A stretch of DNA of 20,000 nucleotides, from IMG/VR virus record IMGVR_UViG_3300042303_000391; one strand, given 5' to 3'. The translations under genes were made by a program, and so were the position numbers. The stretch is from an uncultured virus (IMG/VR IMGVR_UViG_3300042303_000391) (taxonomy: Duplodnaviria; Heunggongvirae; Uroviricota; Caudoviricetes). The notes under the pieces were generated by a model. That model was not told the DNA's origin, did not search any database, and worked only from the letters and a program-made list of their open reading frames with translations. Below, in pieces: positions 7,759-16,778 of the stretch (positions within the stretch are counted from its first letter, which is position 1; every line of letters starts with the position of its first letter).

Positions 7759-7845
7759 TAACGTTATAGGGCTTGGCGAAGGTGGGCTTGTAGGATGCTC
7801 AATTTTAGCAGAATGTGTCTGCCCACTTTTGCCAAGCCCGTGTTA
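7759..7845. mobile_element. attC-like element C (87 bp)
   Basis: TAAC-6nt-GGGCTTGGC-GAAG-GTGGGC...GCCCAC-TTTT-GCCAAGCCC-2nt-GTTA. Confidence 0.8.
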
Positions 7846-7884
7846 TATGCCGTTTGAATTATTAACCAATTAAATAAATATAAA

Positions 7885-8103
7885 ATGAATATCATTAAAG
7901 ATAACAGAATTGTATCAGACAAAACATTTGCAACCCGGTTTGTAAGTTTCTTAAAAGACATACAAGTTAATGACCCAATGAGCGAAGAAGAACTTGAATA
8001 TCTGCGTAGGGTTGCACATTCTTTACTTCTTCATCAAGCTAATACTTGCACCGAAAAAGAAGAATTAAACTACTTAGATAGGTGTCACCCAAATGGCATA
8101 TAA
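7885..8103 (+). CDS. hypothetical protein; cassette 3 cargo
   Basis: ORF whose stop is the TAA of TAAC at 8101-8104. Confidence 0.65.
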   Translation: MNIIKDNRIVSDKTFATRFVSFLKDIQVNDPMSEEELEYLRRVAHSLLLHQANTCTEKEELNYLDRCHPNGI

Positions 8104-8145
8104 CTCGCTGCTTTACGAAATTTTTGTAACACAAATTAAACCTAA

Positions 8146-8328
8146 ATGCAGATAAATACTGAAATATTAAACATAAGGATAAGTAAAGAGCAAAAGCAAA
8201 CCTTAGATAAATTAAAAGAGTATAATGTTAACGTAGCTCAATTTGTGCGAAATGCAATTAAGGAGAAGTTGCAACGAGAAAAAGCCGAAATAATAACTAA
8301 CTATAAAAATTTAGAATGCCCATTTTGA
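8146..8328 (+). CDS. ribbon-helix-helix (CopG/Arc-like) DNA-binding protein
   Basis: Beta strand ILNIRIS, helix KEQKQTLDKL, then NVAQFVRNAIKEKL. Confidence 0.7.
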   Translation: MQINTEILNIRISKEQKQTLDKLKEYNVNVAQFVRNAIKEKLQREKAEIITNYKNLECPF

Positions 8329-8340
8329 AAAAAAAAATAA

Positions 8341-8348
8341 TACATTTG
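8341..8348 (+). promoter_or_regulatory. Bacteroidota -7 promoter element TACATTTG(CA)
   Basis: TAnnTTTG 20 nt before the nuclease/PolA operon. Confidence 0.7.
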
Positions 8349-8368
8349 CACCTAAAAAAATAATAATT

Positions 8369-9244
8369 ATGTTTAATAAAGAAAAAGACAGATTAAGTTA
8401 TAGTTCTCTCACTAGACTTATAAAAGAAGGAGTACAAGGATTTTTAAACCCTGTATACAAAAGAAATAATGCTTTAGAGAAAGGGTCTATTATAGATAAG
8501 ATAGTTTTTGATGAGCCTATCACTGAAACTATTATAGATATTCCTATTCCAAAGCCTCAAATTAAGGCTATTATTGAAAATATTTTTACAGAGGAGTATA
8601 ACTACGACCTCTCTGCGGAAAACTTAGAAAAGGTTTGTGGTATATTAGATGTGAAATCTAAGAATTTTGAGAAAATAAAAGAATCCGTTCTGGAGTTTCC
8701 TGAATATATTGAATATGCAAAAAATCCAAAAGGTAAGTTTCTAAAACCTAATTTTGAATTAGGAACCTCTATTGCCAATAATGTGCTAAAAGATAGAGAA
8801 GCCGCCTATTTATTCAGTAATGGTAAGGCTCAGTTTGAGTGGAGTTTTCAATACAGAGGATATAACTTTTTTATAAAGACAGATTATTTAAAAGTGGATC
8901 ATGATAGACAAGAGATTATTATCACTGATTTGAAATCCAGCAGCTACCCTCCGAAATTTCCTGATAGTGTGCAAAAATATTTGTATCACTTACAGGGGGC
9001 TTTGTATACAAAAGGGGTGGAAGACTGGATGGAGAAAAATGATTTGAACCATTATGTACTAAAAACTTTTCATTGGGTGGTATGCAATTCTACCAAAGTA
9101 GATAGTGTGCTAGTATACCCCCTATCTTATAAAGACGAGATGGAAGGTAAACGTATTTTAGAGGAAACTTTGGATAAGATTGACAAGTACATTGAAAATG
9201 ATTGGCAAGAAATCCCTGAAGAAGATACCTTAACTTTTTTCTAA
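8369..9244 (+). CDS. PD-(D/E)XK exonuclease (RecE/PDDEXK-like recombination nuclease)
   Basis: LSYSSL, KTDYL...ITDLKS, YHLQGALY motifs. Confidence 0.85.
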   Translation: MFNKEKDRLSYSSLTRLIKEGVQGFLNPVYKRNNALEKGSIIDKIVFDEPITETIIDIPIPKPQIKAIIENIFTEEYNYDLSAENLEKVCGILDVKSKNFEKIKESVLEFPEYIEYAKNPKGKFLKPNFELGTSIANNVLKDREAAYLFSNGKAQFEWSFQYRGYNFFIKTDYLKVDHDRQEIIITDLKSSSYPPKFPDSVQKYLYHLQGALYTKGVEDWMEKNDLNHYVLKTFHWVVCNSTKVDSVLVYPLSYKDEMEGKRILEETLDKIDKYIENDWQEIPEEDTLTFF

Positions 9245-11275
9245 ATGACAAACCACATAATCACAAAAAACAAATCCTTTTTCCAAAAAATAGGGGAGTA
9301 TAGTTACTGTAATCTTGAAGACATGGTGCTTCCTGAAATAATAGCGGTAGATACAGAGACTACTTCCCTCTCTGCCTTTGAGGGGGAAATATTTGCCATT
9401 CAAATAGGAACAGGGACAAATAATTATCTAATTGATTTGCAGACACATAAAGAGAATATAATTAATTTAGAGGAAGTTATGCCTTTTATATTGGATAAGG
9501 TTATGATATTTCATAATAGTGCCTTCGATTTGAGTTTCTTCTTTATCAAGAATTACTTCCCTAAAAAAGTGGGAGATACGATGTTGGCATCTATGATTCT
9601 ACACAATGGAGAATTCGGAGTATCACATTCTTTTAAGAATTGTATGCAAAGAGAGCTAGGGGTTATATACGACAAAACAGAACAAGCTAATATTGCTAGA
9701 GTTCAGTTATCGCAGCCATCCACAATTCAATATTGCTTTAATGATGTTGATAGACTATTAGAGTTACACAATGATTTAGTGATTAAATTAAAAGATTATG
9801 AAGCCATAGATTCTTATAAATTGCATTGTAGACATATCAGGGCACTTACATATATGGAGTTATGCGGACTTCCAATATCAAAGGATAGGTGGAAAGCAAA
9901 AATGGATAAAGATTATTCCCAATACAAAAAATGTGAGAGAGAAATAATTGATTATATTTTTGACACCCTGCCTAAATATAGAGTTTTACAGATGGATATG
10001 TTTAGCAACGAAAGGAAAGTAAATTGCCTATTAAGTTCTCCTAAACAAATGATAGAAGTGTTTAAAGATTTAGGTATAAATGTCACTTATAAAGAAAAAG
10101 GAGAGATAAAAGAAAGTTTAGAAAAAGGAGTTATAGCTAAGTCAAATCATGAGTTTGTAAAAATGTGGCTTAAATATAAAGAAGTGGAGCATAATGTAAC
10201 TACTTTTGGAGAGGGTATTTATTCTAAAATAAGGGATGGAAGAATATACACCCACTTCAAACCGATAGTAGACACTGCTAGACTATCTTCAAGAAAGGGA
10301 GAGATAAACTTTTTAAATTTTCCCTCTAACAAAGAAACAAGAGAATGTTTCGTGGCAAATGAAGGATTTGACATTATTGTAGCTGACTACGCAGGGCAAG
10401 AAACAGTTGTAGGGGCTGATATTACTGGAGACCAAGCCATGATTTCTTCTATAGTGGAAGGAAAGGACTTACACTGTGCCTTTGCTAGAGTTCTCTATCC
10501 TGAATTATTAGATCTTTCTGATGAAGAAATTATTAAAAATCATAAAGCAAAGCGAAATGCTTCTAAAGCACCTAGATTTTGTTTCCAATTTGGGGGTACT
10601 GGATTTACTTTAGCAGAGAATGAAGGATTATCTATAGAGGAAGGAGATCGTATTGAAAAATTATTCAAAGAATTACATAATGGAGTGTACTCTTATGGGG
10701 AAAATAAGCTAAAGGAAGCTTTAGAGTTTGGTTATATTCAATATGCAATGGGATTTAAATTAAAGCTACCAATGTTTGATATTTTCAAAGACCTTGATGA
10801 GAAGATTTCAAATATGGATAGAGATTTTTGGAATAAATATAGAGTGGGTAAGCAAGAAAATCTGAAATTTGAGAAAGCTAAAGATAAAGGGAGTTCGTAT
10901 GTAATATCAGATATGGGGGCATACAATTGCTTTAATGCAAATAAACTAATGATGAAGGATTATTTCAGTTTAAAATCTCAGTATATGAGATTATGTTTAA
11001 ATGCTCCCACACAAGGCACTGCTGCCCATCAAACTAAAATGGCTTCAGTGTTGTTATTTAATCAAATTGAAAAAAACAATGACTATTGGAAAGCAAGGAT
11101 AGCAAATGTAATACATGATGAGATAGTTTTGGAAACTGAGACTCACCTATCAGAAAAATATGCTAGAATACTGGAAAAAAGTATGATAGAGGGTGGTAAT
11201 ATATTTCTCACCAACCCTACACTATTTATGAGTGCTGAAAGTAATATTGGAAAATCATGGTATGAAGCCAAATAA
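9245..11275 (+). CDS. polA: family A DNA polymerase with 3'-5' exonuclease
   Basis: ExoI DTETT, ExoII HNSAFD, ExoIII YCFND, TARLSS, motif A DYAGQE, motif B RNASKAPRF, motif C HDEIV. Confidence 0.95.
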   Translation: MTNHIITKNKSFFQKIGEYSYCNLEDMVLPEIIAVDTETTSLSAFEGEIFAIQIGTGTNNYLIDLQTHKENIINLEEVMPFILDKVMIFHNSAFDLSFFFIKNYFPKKVGDTMLASMILHNGEFGVSHSFKNCMQRELGVIYDKTEQANIARVQLSQPSTIQYCFNDVDRLLELHNDLVIKLKDYEAIDSYKLHCRHIRALTYMELCGLPISKDRWKAKMDKDYSQYKKCEREIIDYIFDTLPKYRVLQMDMFSNERKVNCLLSSPKQMIEVFKDLGINVTYKEKGEIKESLEKGVIAKSNHEFVKMWLKYKEVEHNVTTFGEGIYSKIRDGRIYTHFKPIVDTARLSSRKGEINFLNFPSNKETRECFVANEGFDIIVADYAGQETVVGADITGDQAMISSIVEGKDLHCAFARVLYPELLDLSDEEIIKNHKAKRNASKAPRFCFQFGGTGFTLAENEGLSIEEGDRIEKLFKELHNGVYSYGENKLKEALEFGYIQYAMGFKLKLPMFDIFKDLDEKISNMDRDFWNKYRVGKQENLKFEKAKDKGSSYVISDMGAYNCFNANKLMMKDYFSLKSQYMRLCLNAPTQGTAAHQTKMASVLLFNQIEKNNDYWKARIANVIHDEIVLETETHLSEKYARILEKSMIEGGNIFLTNPTLFMSAESNIGKSWYEAK

Positions 11276-11290
11276 ATTAAATTTAAAGTT

Positions 11291-11713
11291 ATGAGAAGAA
11301 AGACAGTAAAAAAATCCAACACCACAACTCCTAGGAAAAAGAAAAAGGTAGTTAATCCTAGAGTAGTGAGAGAATATTGTGGAGGTACAATGACCAAATC
11401 AGCTTTTTTTGGTGCCATTAGAGCTTTTTTAAGACAGAGGTGGTTATACTCTTGTCCTTTTAGAAAAGAGATACTTAAAAGGGCTTATTCTGCCTTGTTA
11501 AAAAAATGGCAATGCAATCATTGTAAAAAAATGTTCTTAAAAAAAGATGTAGAAGTAAATCACATTGAGCCCTGTGGTAGTTTAAGGGATTACTCCGAAA
11601 TAAAACCATTCCACGATAGGTTATTCGTAGAGGATATAAGCAAGCTAGAGGTGCTTTGTAAAGGTTGTCATAAAATTTTTACAGAAAAAAGTAAAATAAC
11701 GCTTGACATTTGA
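11291..11713 (+). CDS. HNH endonuclease-like protein
   Basis: CNHC...EVNHIEP...LEVLCKGCH zinc/HNH pattern. Confidence 0.8.
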   Translation: MRRKTVKKSNTTTPRKKKKVVNPRVVREYCGGTMTKSAFFGAIRAFLRQRWLYSCPFRKEILKRAYSALLKKWQCNHCKKMFLKKDVEVNHIEPCGSLRDYSEIKPFHDRLFVEDISKLEVLCKGCHKIFTEKSKITLDI

Positions 11714-11732
11714 AAAAAATATATTAATTTTG
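11703..11732 (+). promoter_or_regulatory. Bacteroidota sigma promoter: -33 TTG (11703-11705), 19-nt spacer, -7 TAATTTTG (11725-11732)
   Basis: Canonical spacing, upstream of the helicase-primase operon. Confidence 0.75.
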
Positions 11733-11758
11733 CAGAAGTTTTTTAAAACAAAGGGAAT

Positions 11759-12253
11759 ATGAGTTACGAAGAAATGGGAAAATTAGCTATTAATCTTCCC
11801 CAATTAAACATTATCCAATACTTAATAAAGAAAGGGTTTATTAGAAATATACATCTTACAAAAATAAATACTAATAATCCTTTAGATTTTGAAATAACAG
11901 AGTTTGGTAAAGCTATTCTTAATGGAGAAAAATATCAACCTCTTGTTTCTGAACAATTCTTAGATGAATATATGATATTATTTAGTAAACAAAATTTACA
12001 AGGAATAAATAAAAAAGCATTTAGTCCTAAAAATAAAGTTATAACTAAGTTAGAATCATTTATGAAAAAGTATAAAGTTTCTAGTGAAGAAATCCTATAC
12101 GCTGTTAACTATTATCATCAAAATGCTGACGATCTTCGTTATACATTGGATGCTCAATATTTTATTGAGAAAGAGGGAGGCAGCTTATTGTTAGACACTA
12201 TTAATGAAATGAAAGAAGGAATATTTAGTGACCAAGATAAACTCGTATTTTAA
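11759..12253 (+). CDS. hypothetical replication-associated protein (wHTH-like N-terminus)
   Basis: LIKKGFI...FEITEFGKAIL; TAATG coupling to the DnaB-like helicase. Confidence 0.6.
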   Translation: MSYEEMGKLAINLPQLNIIQYLIKKGFIRNIHLTKINTNNPLDFEITEFGKAILNGEKYQPLVSEQFLDEYMILFSKQNLQGINKKAFSPKNKVITKLESFMKKYKVSSEEILYAVNYYHQNADDLRYTLDAQYFIEKEGGSLLLDTINEMKEGIFSDQDKLVF

Positions 12254-13377
12254 TGGATATTTTAAAAGTAATAGAAGAGAGCAGGGATTCATTAATACAA
12301 GGACATATTAATAGTATTCCTATGCCATTCAACGGAACAAGAAAAGCCTTTAGTGGTATATTTCCAGGGGCACTTGTGTGTGTTACTGCTGAAACCTCTG
12401 TAGGTAAAACTTCTTTAGCCAAGTACTTATATTTATTTAGTGTTGCTGATTATATTTTAGATGACCCTGCGTTTAAGTCTTTTAAATATAAATGTATATG
12501 GTTTGGATTAGAAGAGTCTGAGGAAGAATTTGATATTAGTGTACTACAATATGCCATCTCTAAATATTTCAATAAACATTGTACACAAGATGAATTATTA
12601 AGCAGGATAGAGCCTATTTCGGAAGAAGTAATTGCTATGATAAAATCAGATCCTGTTCAAAGGTATTTCGACACTGTAAAATCTTTCACCAAATTTGACG
12701 ACCAAACTGGCCATGCTACAGGTATTTATAAAACTTGTCAAGAGTATTCAAAAGAAATTGGTGAGCACCATTATAAAGAAAAACAATTGAGTGGGGGTAA
12801 AGTGATTAATATTTACAGTCATTACACTCAAAACGACCCTAATGAAATAGTGGCAGTAGTTATAGATAACGTAAACATTTTGGAATTAGAAAAAAATGAA
12901 TTAGGAATGTCGCTTGATTTGTCAGGATGTATAGATAGACTTGTGAATACTTATATGAGAAAGCAAGTTACAAAGCATTGGAAATGGCATGTATGTTGTG
13001 TACAACAGCAACAAATGGCAGCAGGGGACCTAAACCACTATAAAGCAGGTAAGCTTGAGCCTGAGCCTCAGAAATTAGGAGATAATATAAAGGTAGCAAG
13101 ATCTTACCAAGTTATCTTAGGATTATTTTCTCCTTATAAGCACAAAATGACAAATTACTATAAGTATCCGATTTTAGCTTCTGATAGAGTAGATGGCTTT
13201 GAAGAATGCTTTAGAACTATTCATATTTGTAAAAACCGATTCGGTAGAACAGGAGTTGCAGAACCTTTGTTTTTCAACCCTAAAGGCTTTAGTTTTTTCA
13301 GTATGCCAAAAAATGATGACACCCAAAATTTAAACCAATTATTAACCTATAAACAACAAATTTTAAAAGATGAGTAA
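12253..13377 (+). CDS. DnaB-like (SF4) replicative helicase
   Basis: Walker A AETSVGKTS, FGLEES, VVIDNV, VQQQ, ICKNRFGRTG. Confidence 0.9.
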   Translation: MDILKVIEESRDSLIQGHINSIPMPFNGTRKAFSGIFPGALVCVTAETSVGKTSLAKYLYLFSVADYILDDPAFKSFKYKCIWFGLEESEEEFDISVLQYAISKYFNKHCTQDELLSRIEPISEEVIAMIKSDPVQRYFDTVKSFTKFDDQTGHATGIYKTCQEYSKEIGEHHYKEKQLSGGKVINIYSHYTQNDPNEIVAVVIDNVNILELEKNELGMSLDLSGCIDRLVNTYMRKQVTKHWKWHVCCVQQQQMAAGDLNHYKAGKLEPEPQKLGDNIKVARSYQVILGLFSPYKHKMTNYYKYPILASDRVDGFEECFRTIHICKNRFGRTGVAEPLFFNPKGFSFFSMPKNDDTQNLNQLLTYKQQILKDE

Positions 13378-14101
13378 TTTAACATTGCCAACAGGGAAGA
13401 TTGCCCCTTCAGTAGTCAATCCAAGAACTATGGTTATTTTTAGCCAGAAAAAGACGGGGAAAACCCACGCACTCAGTGAGTTGGAGGATAACCTGATTAT
13501 TAACTTCGAGCACGGAGCAGATTTCTATGAATCCATGAGGATTAACATAGATTCCCTGCAACAGTTTGATGAATTAGCTAAACTTTTCCACAAAGAAACC
13601 CCTCATTACAAGTTTATTACACTTGATACGGTGACTTCTTTGAAAGAGAAGCTATTGAATCAATTAGCAGTGAGAACCTATAACAAAGATACAGGTAAAT
13701 CAGAAGCTGCTGACTTTGATATTGATAGACTAGAGTATGGAAAAGGTCAAGTCTATAAACGAGAAGCCTTATTCAAAATTATGGAATTCTTTACAAGATT
13801 CTGTGATACGTTGATTATTGTAGGACACGTTTCGGATAAATCAATCTCTACTTCAGGACAAACAATTAAAGAGCTGAATCTTGAAGGTAAGTTGAAAGAT
13901 TTACTTGCTCTAAGAGTAGATGCAATTGGGTATATGTATAGAAATACAGAAAAACCAAATGTAAATATGCTTTCATTTATCCACTCTGAAGAAATTGTAG
14001 GTGGCACAAGATGTAAGCACCTTAGAAACAAGGAGTTTGAAATCTCAGAACTTATAAATGATGATAAGCTAGAGACTCATTGGGACAAGATTTTTATTTA
14101 A
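13370..14101 (+). CDS. AAA_24/Sak4-like P-loop ATPase
   Basis: FSQKKTGKT, INFEHG, ITLDTVT, IIVGHV. Confidence 0.85.
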   Translation: MSNLTLPTGKIAPSVVNPRTMVIFSQKKTGKTHALSELEDNLIINFEHGADFYESMRINIDSLQQFDELAKLFHKETPHYKFITLDTVTSLKEKLLNQLAVRTYNKDTGKSEAADFDIDRLEYGKGQVYKREALFKIMEFFTRFCDTLIIVGHVSDKSISTSGQTIKELNLEGKLKDLLALRVDAIGYMYRNTEKPNVNMLSFIHSEEIVGGTRCKHLRNKEFEISELINDDKLETHWDKIFI

Positions 14102-14142
14102 TAACACACAAACAATATTTTTAATTTTTAATTTTTTTAAAC

Positions 14143-14979
14143 ATGAACAACAATGTCAAAACGTCATCTGGTTCAGGAACCAGAAAACTATTCTACGGAG
14201 TATCTACTTTTATTCCTAGTATGATTAACCCTAACAAAGCTGCCCTATCTGCATTCTTAGGAAAAGATTTGGAAAAAGAACCTGAATATCTAACTACAAA
14301 AGATATAGATGGTAAACAAGTGAGAGTGTTAAAGCTTGATATTTGGGGAACTCTTCCTCAAGCCGAAAACACAAAAACAAAGATTACATTTTGGCTTGAA
14401 GCTAGACACGATATTTCAAAAAGTGGAAAGCAAAAATACATTAATGGACAAGGGCTTACTTCTTATAATGAAGACCCTGCTGTTATGAATAAAAACAAAG
14501 TGTGGTATTATGGAGACAACCAAAGAAAAGCAATGGTGGGAGAAGATGCCGTAGTGGACTTTTTCATAATCTTGAAAAACTGGGAAACTGAGTTGTCAAA
14601 ATACACTCTGAAAGATGGAGATATTCCAAGTATTTTTCTTCCATTAGAGAAATTGTTTAAGCAAGATTATTCTGACATAAATCCGTTATTTGAAGAAGGA
14701 AGAGGAATCAAAGTTTATGTAGGTATTCGTTCAAGTGAAAGTAATGGCAAGACATATTATGATATGGATATTTATACCAAAGCTTTCATAAAAGACTATC
14801 CTGGGATTAAAAGCTTTGATAAAATCATTAATGCTCTAAAAGGAGAGTATTCTGCATTTAAAAAGAATATTGCTCCAATCACATCTAACTTCCAAGAATT
14901 TGACCCAAATGAATTAGTAACAGAGGAAAATACTTCCGCAGCAAGTAACAATAGTTTTGATGACGAACTTCCATTTTAA
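14143..14979 (+). CDS. putative single-stranded DNA-binding protein
   Basis: Acidic C-terminal tail FDDELPF; located between Sak4-like ATPase and primase. Confidence 0.65.
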   Translation: MNNNVKTSSGSGTRKLFYGVSTFIPSMINPNKAALSAFLGKDLEKEPEYLTTKDIDGKQVRVLKLDIWGTLPQAENTKTKITFWLEARHDISKSGKQKYINGQGLTSYNEDPAVMNKNKVWYYGDNQRKAMVGEDAVVDFFIILKNWETELSKYTLKDGDIPSIFLPLEKLFKQDYSDINPLFEEGRGIKVYVGIRSSESNGKTYYDMDIYTKAFIKDYPGIKSFDKIINALKGEYSAFKKNIAPITSNFQEFDPNELVTEENTSAASNNSFDDELPF

Positions 14980-14988
14980 TCAATAATT

Positions 14989-15993
14989 ATGTTCACTTTA
15001 GATCAACAGAGCGATATATGGAGAAATTACTTTGGAAGTTGGGAAAGTAAGGGTACTTATAGTAATCCGCTAAGGCATGATAAAAGCCCTAAATGCTATT
15101 TTAAAGTTATCAATGATAAGATTTTATTTATAGATTGGGCACATCATCCTACACATTCTGACTGTATTTCTTTTGTATCGCAAAAGTATAACTTAACAAA
15201 TAAAGAAGCTATTACAAAAATAAATTATGATTTAAAGTACACGGATAGAGTGAAGGGAGGTTTTTCAGGAGAAAACAAAGGGGTGGCAGTAACACCCCTT
15301 TCTTCTTCTGTAAATAAAGATAAATACACTCAACAAGTAGCGGAGAAGATAAATTATTCTGTAATAAAGAAAAACTTCTTTGCAAAGGAAGATATTGATT
15401 ACTGGAAAAAATTTGGTATTACAGAAGCTACATTAAAAAAATATGATGTATGCCCTGTAAAGTTTGTTTTAAGAAATGGAGTACTAAACTATTCTAGTGG
15501 TGAATATAATCCTATATTCGGATACTACCAAAATAATCAGCTTTTTAAAGTATATAATCCACTAGGTATTCCTATGCAAAAGTGGAGAACAATTAAAGCA
15601 GTGCTAGAGGGCTACCCACAACTTGAGTATAAAACAAATGTATGCTTTATCACTTCTTCTTTAAAGGATACTATGTGCTTAGATTCTTTAGGATATGATG
15701 CATTTAATTTGCCATCAGAAAATAGCTACAAAATACTACTTCCTATAATTGAAGAACTATTTAGCAAGTTTGACCATGTTTTCGTATATCTCAACAATGA
15801 CGAAGCGGGCAAGAGATTTTCAAGACTATTAACCCTAGAGATTGATAATAGATTGAAATATATCAACAACCCTTCTTATTGGGCACAAACAGATCCTTCC
15901 GATGTTATCAAAGATTTAGGAGTAGAGCCTTTAAAGGAAGTTATAAAAGAAAAATTTTCAAGAGACAAGGTTATTTTAACAAATAAAAATTAA
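14989..15993 (+). CDS. DNA primase (Toprim, Bacteroidota/crAss-like type)
   Basis: NPLRHDKSP N-terminal domain, ITSSLKD, YLNNDEAG, TDPSD. Confidence 0.88.
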   Translation: MFTLDQQSDIWRNYFGSWESKGTYSNPLRHDKSPKCYFKVINDKILFIDWAHHPTHSDCISFVSQKYNLTNKEAITKINYDLKYTDRVKGGFSGENKGVAVTPLSSSVNKDKYTQQVAEKINYSVIKKNFFAKEDIDYWKKFGITEATLKKYDVCPVKFVLRNGVLNYSSGEYNPIFGYYQNNQLFKVYNPLGIPMQKWRTIKAVLEGYPQLEYKTNVCFITSSLKDTMCLDSLGYDAFNLPSENSYKILLPIIEELFSKFDHVFVYLNNDEAGKRFSRLLTLEIDNRLKYINNPSYWAQTDPSDVIKDLGVEPLKEVIKEKFSRDKVILTNKN

Positions 15994-15998
15994 TAAAA

Positions 15999-16442
15999 AT
16001 GATAGTAAAAATAAAAAAATTGAGTGAACTTGCGGTGATACCAGCTTACGGAAAGCCAGGAGACGCAGGAATGGATTTAACCGCTACAAGCTTAACTATT
16101 GATGAGTTCGGAAATTACGAGTATGGAACAGACTTAGCTATAAAAATCCCAGAAGGACACGTTGGGCTTATATTCCCAAGAAGTAGTATTTGCAAGGTGA
16201 CACAATCATTGACAAATTCCGTAGGAGTTATAGATTCGCAATACGTTGGAGAAATAAAATTCAAGTTCAAGCCTACTATGAAAATGCCTAATGGAAACGA
16301 AAAAGCAAAATCAATGTATGAGGTGGGAGAAAGAATAGGGCAATTGATAATCATGCCTTACCCTAAAATAGAATTTGAAGAAGTGGATGAATTACCTACA
16401 ACTGAAAGAGGAGATGGGGGATTTGGCAGCACAGGATTTTAA
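15999..16442 (+). CDS. dut: trimeric dUTPase
   Basis: AGMDL, PRSS, GVIDSQYVGE, RIGQL, RGDGGFGSTG. Confidence 0.97.
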   Translation: MIVKIKKLSELAVIPAYGKPGDAGMDLTATSLTIDEFGNYEYGTDLAIKIPEGHVGLIFPRSSICKVTQSLTNSVGVIDSQYVGEIKFKFKPTMKMPNGNEKAKSMYEVGERIGQLIIMPYPKIEFEEVDELPTTERGDGGFGSTGF

Positions 16443-16502
16443 TAAACTAAATAAAATTTCAAAGCTAAAAAAATTAATCACCATTGTTTATTAAAAAACC
16501 AG

Positions 16503-16510
16503 TATATTTG
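16503..16510 (+). promoter_or_regulatory. Bacteroidota -7 promoter element TATATTTG(CA)
   Basis: TAnnTTTG, intergenic, 22 nt before the ATG at 16533. Confidence 0.7.
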
Positions 16511-16532
16511 CATAAAATTAAAATTATTTATT

Positions 16533-16778
16533 ATGACCACACTTGAATACATATTATTGGCCACTAACATACTAGGGATGGTGACAATTTACATTCTACT
16601 AAAAGAATATAGAAGAATTGAAAAAGACTTCAAAGAATATCTACTAGAATCAGTTACATTTTTAGAAGAAACCTTAAAAGATTTGGATAAACTTCAGACC
16701 GCTTTAGATGAGGTTAAAACAAAACCAGTGGTTAAACCAAAAACTCCTAAAAATGAGAAAAAAACAATCACTAAATAG
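16533..16778 (+). CDS. small membrane protein (N-terminal TM, coiled coil, basic tail)
   Basis: YILLATNILGMVTIYILL followed by a heptad-like helix. Confidence 0.7.
   Translation: MTTLEYILLATNILGMVTIYILLKEYRRIEKDFKEYLLESVTFLEETLKDLDKLQTALDEVKTKPVVKPKTPKNEKKTITK

Noticed and set aside
7378..7845. Hairpins B and C as simple terminators, tRNAs or IS/MITE ends
   Set aside because: Large loops, no U-tract, no cloverleaf, no transposase or target duplication. None of these would explain the cassette-end complementarity.
8369..9244. Nuclease as Cas4 / CRISPR adaptation protein
   Set aside because: Lacks the four-Cys Fe-S pattern and sits in a replication/recombination operon.
10770..10990. Intein or intron in PolA
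   Set aside because: The frame is uninterrupted, the insertion is short, and there are no intein splice-junction motifs.
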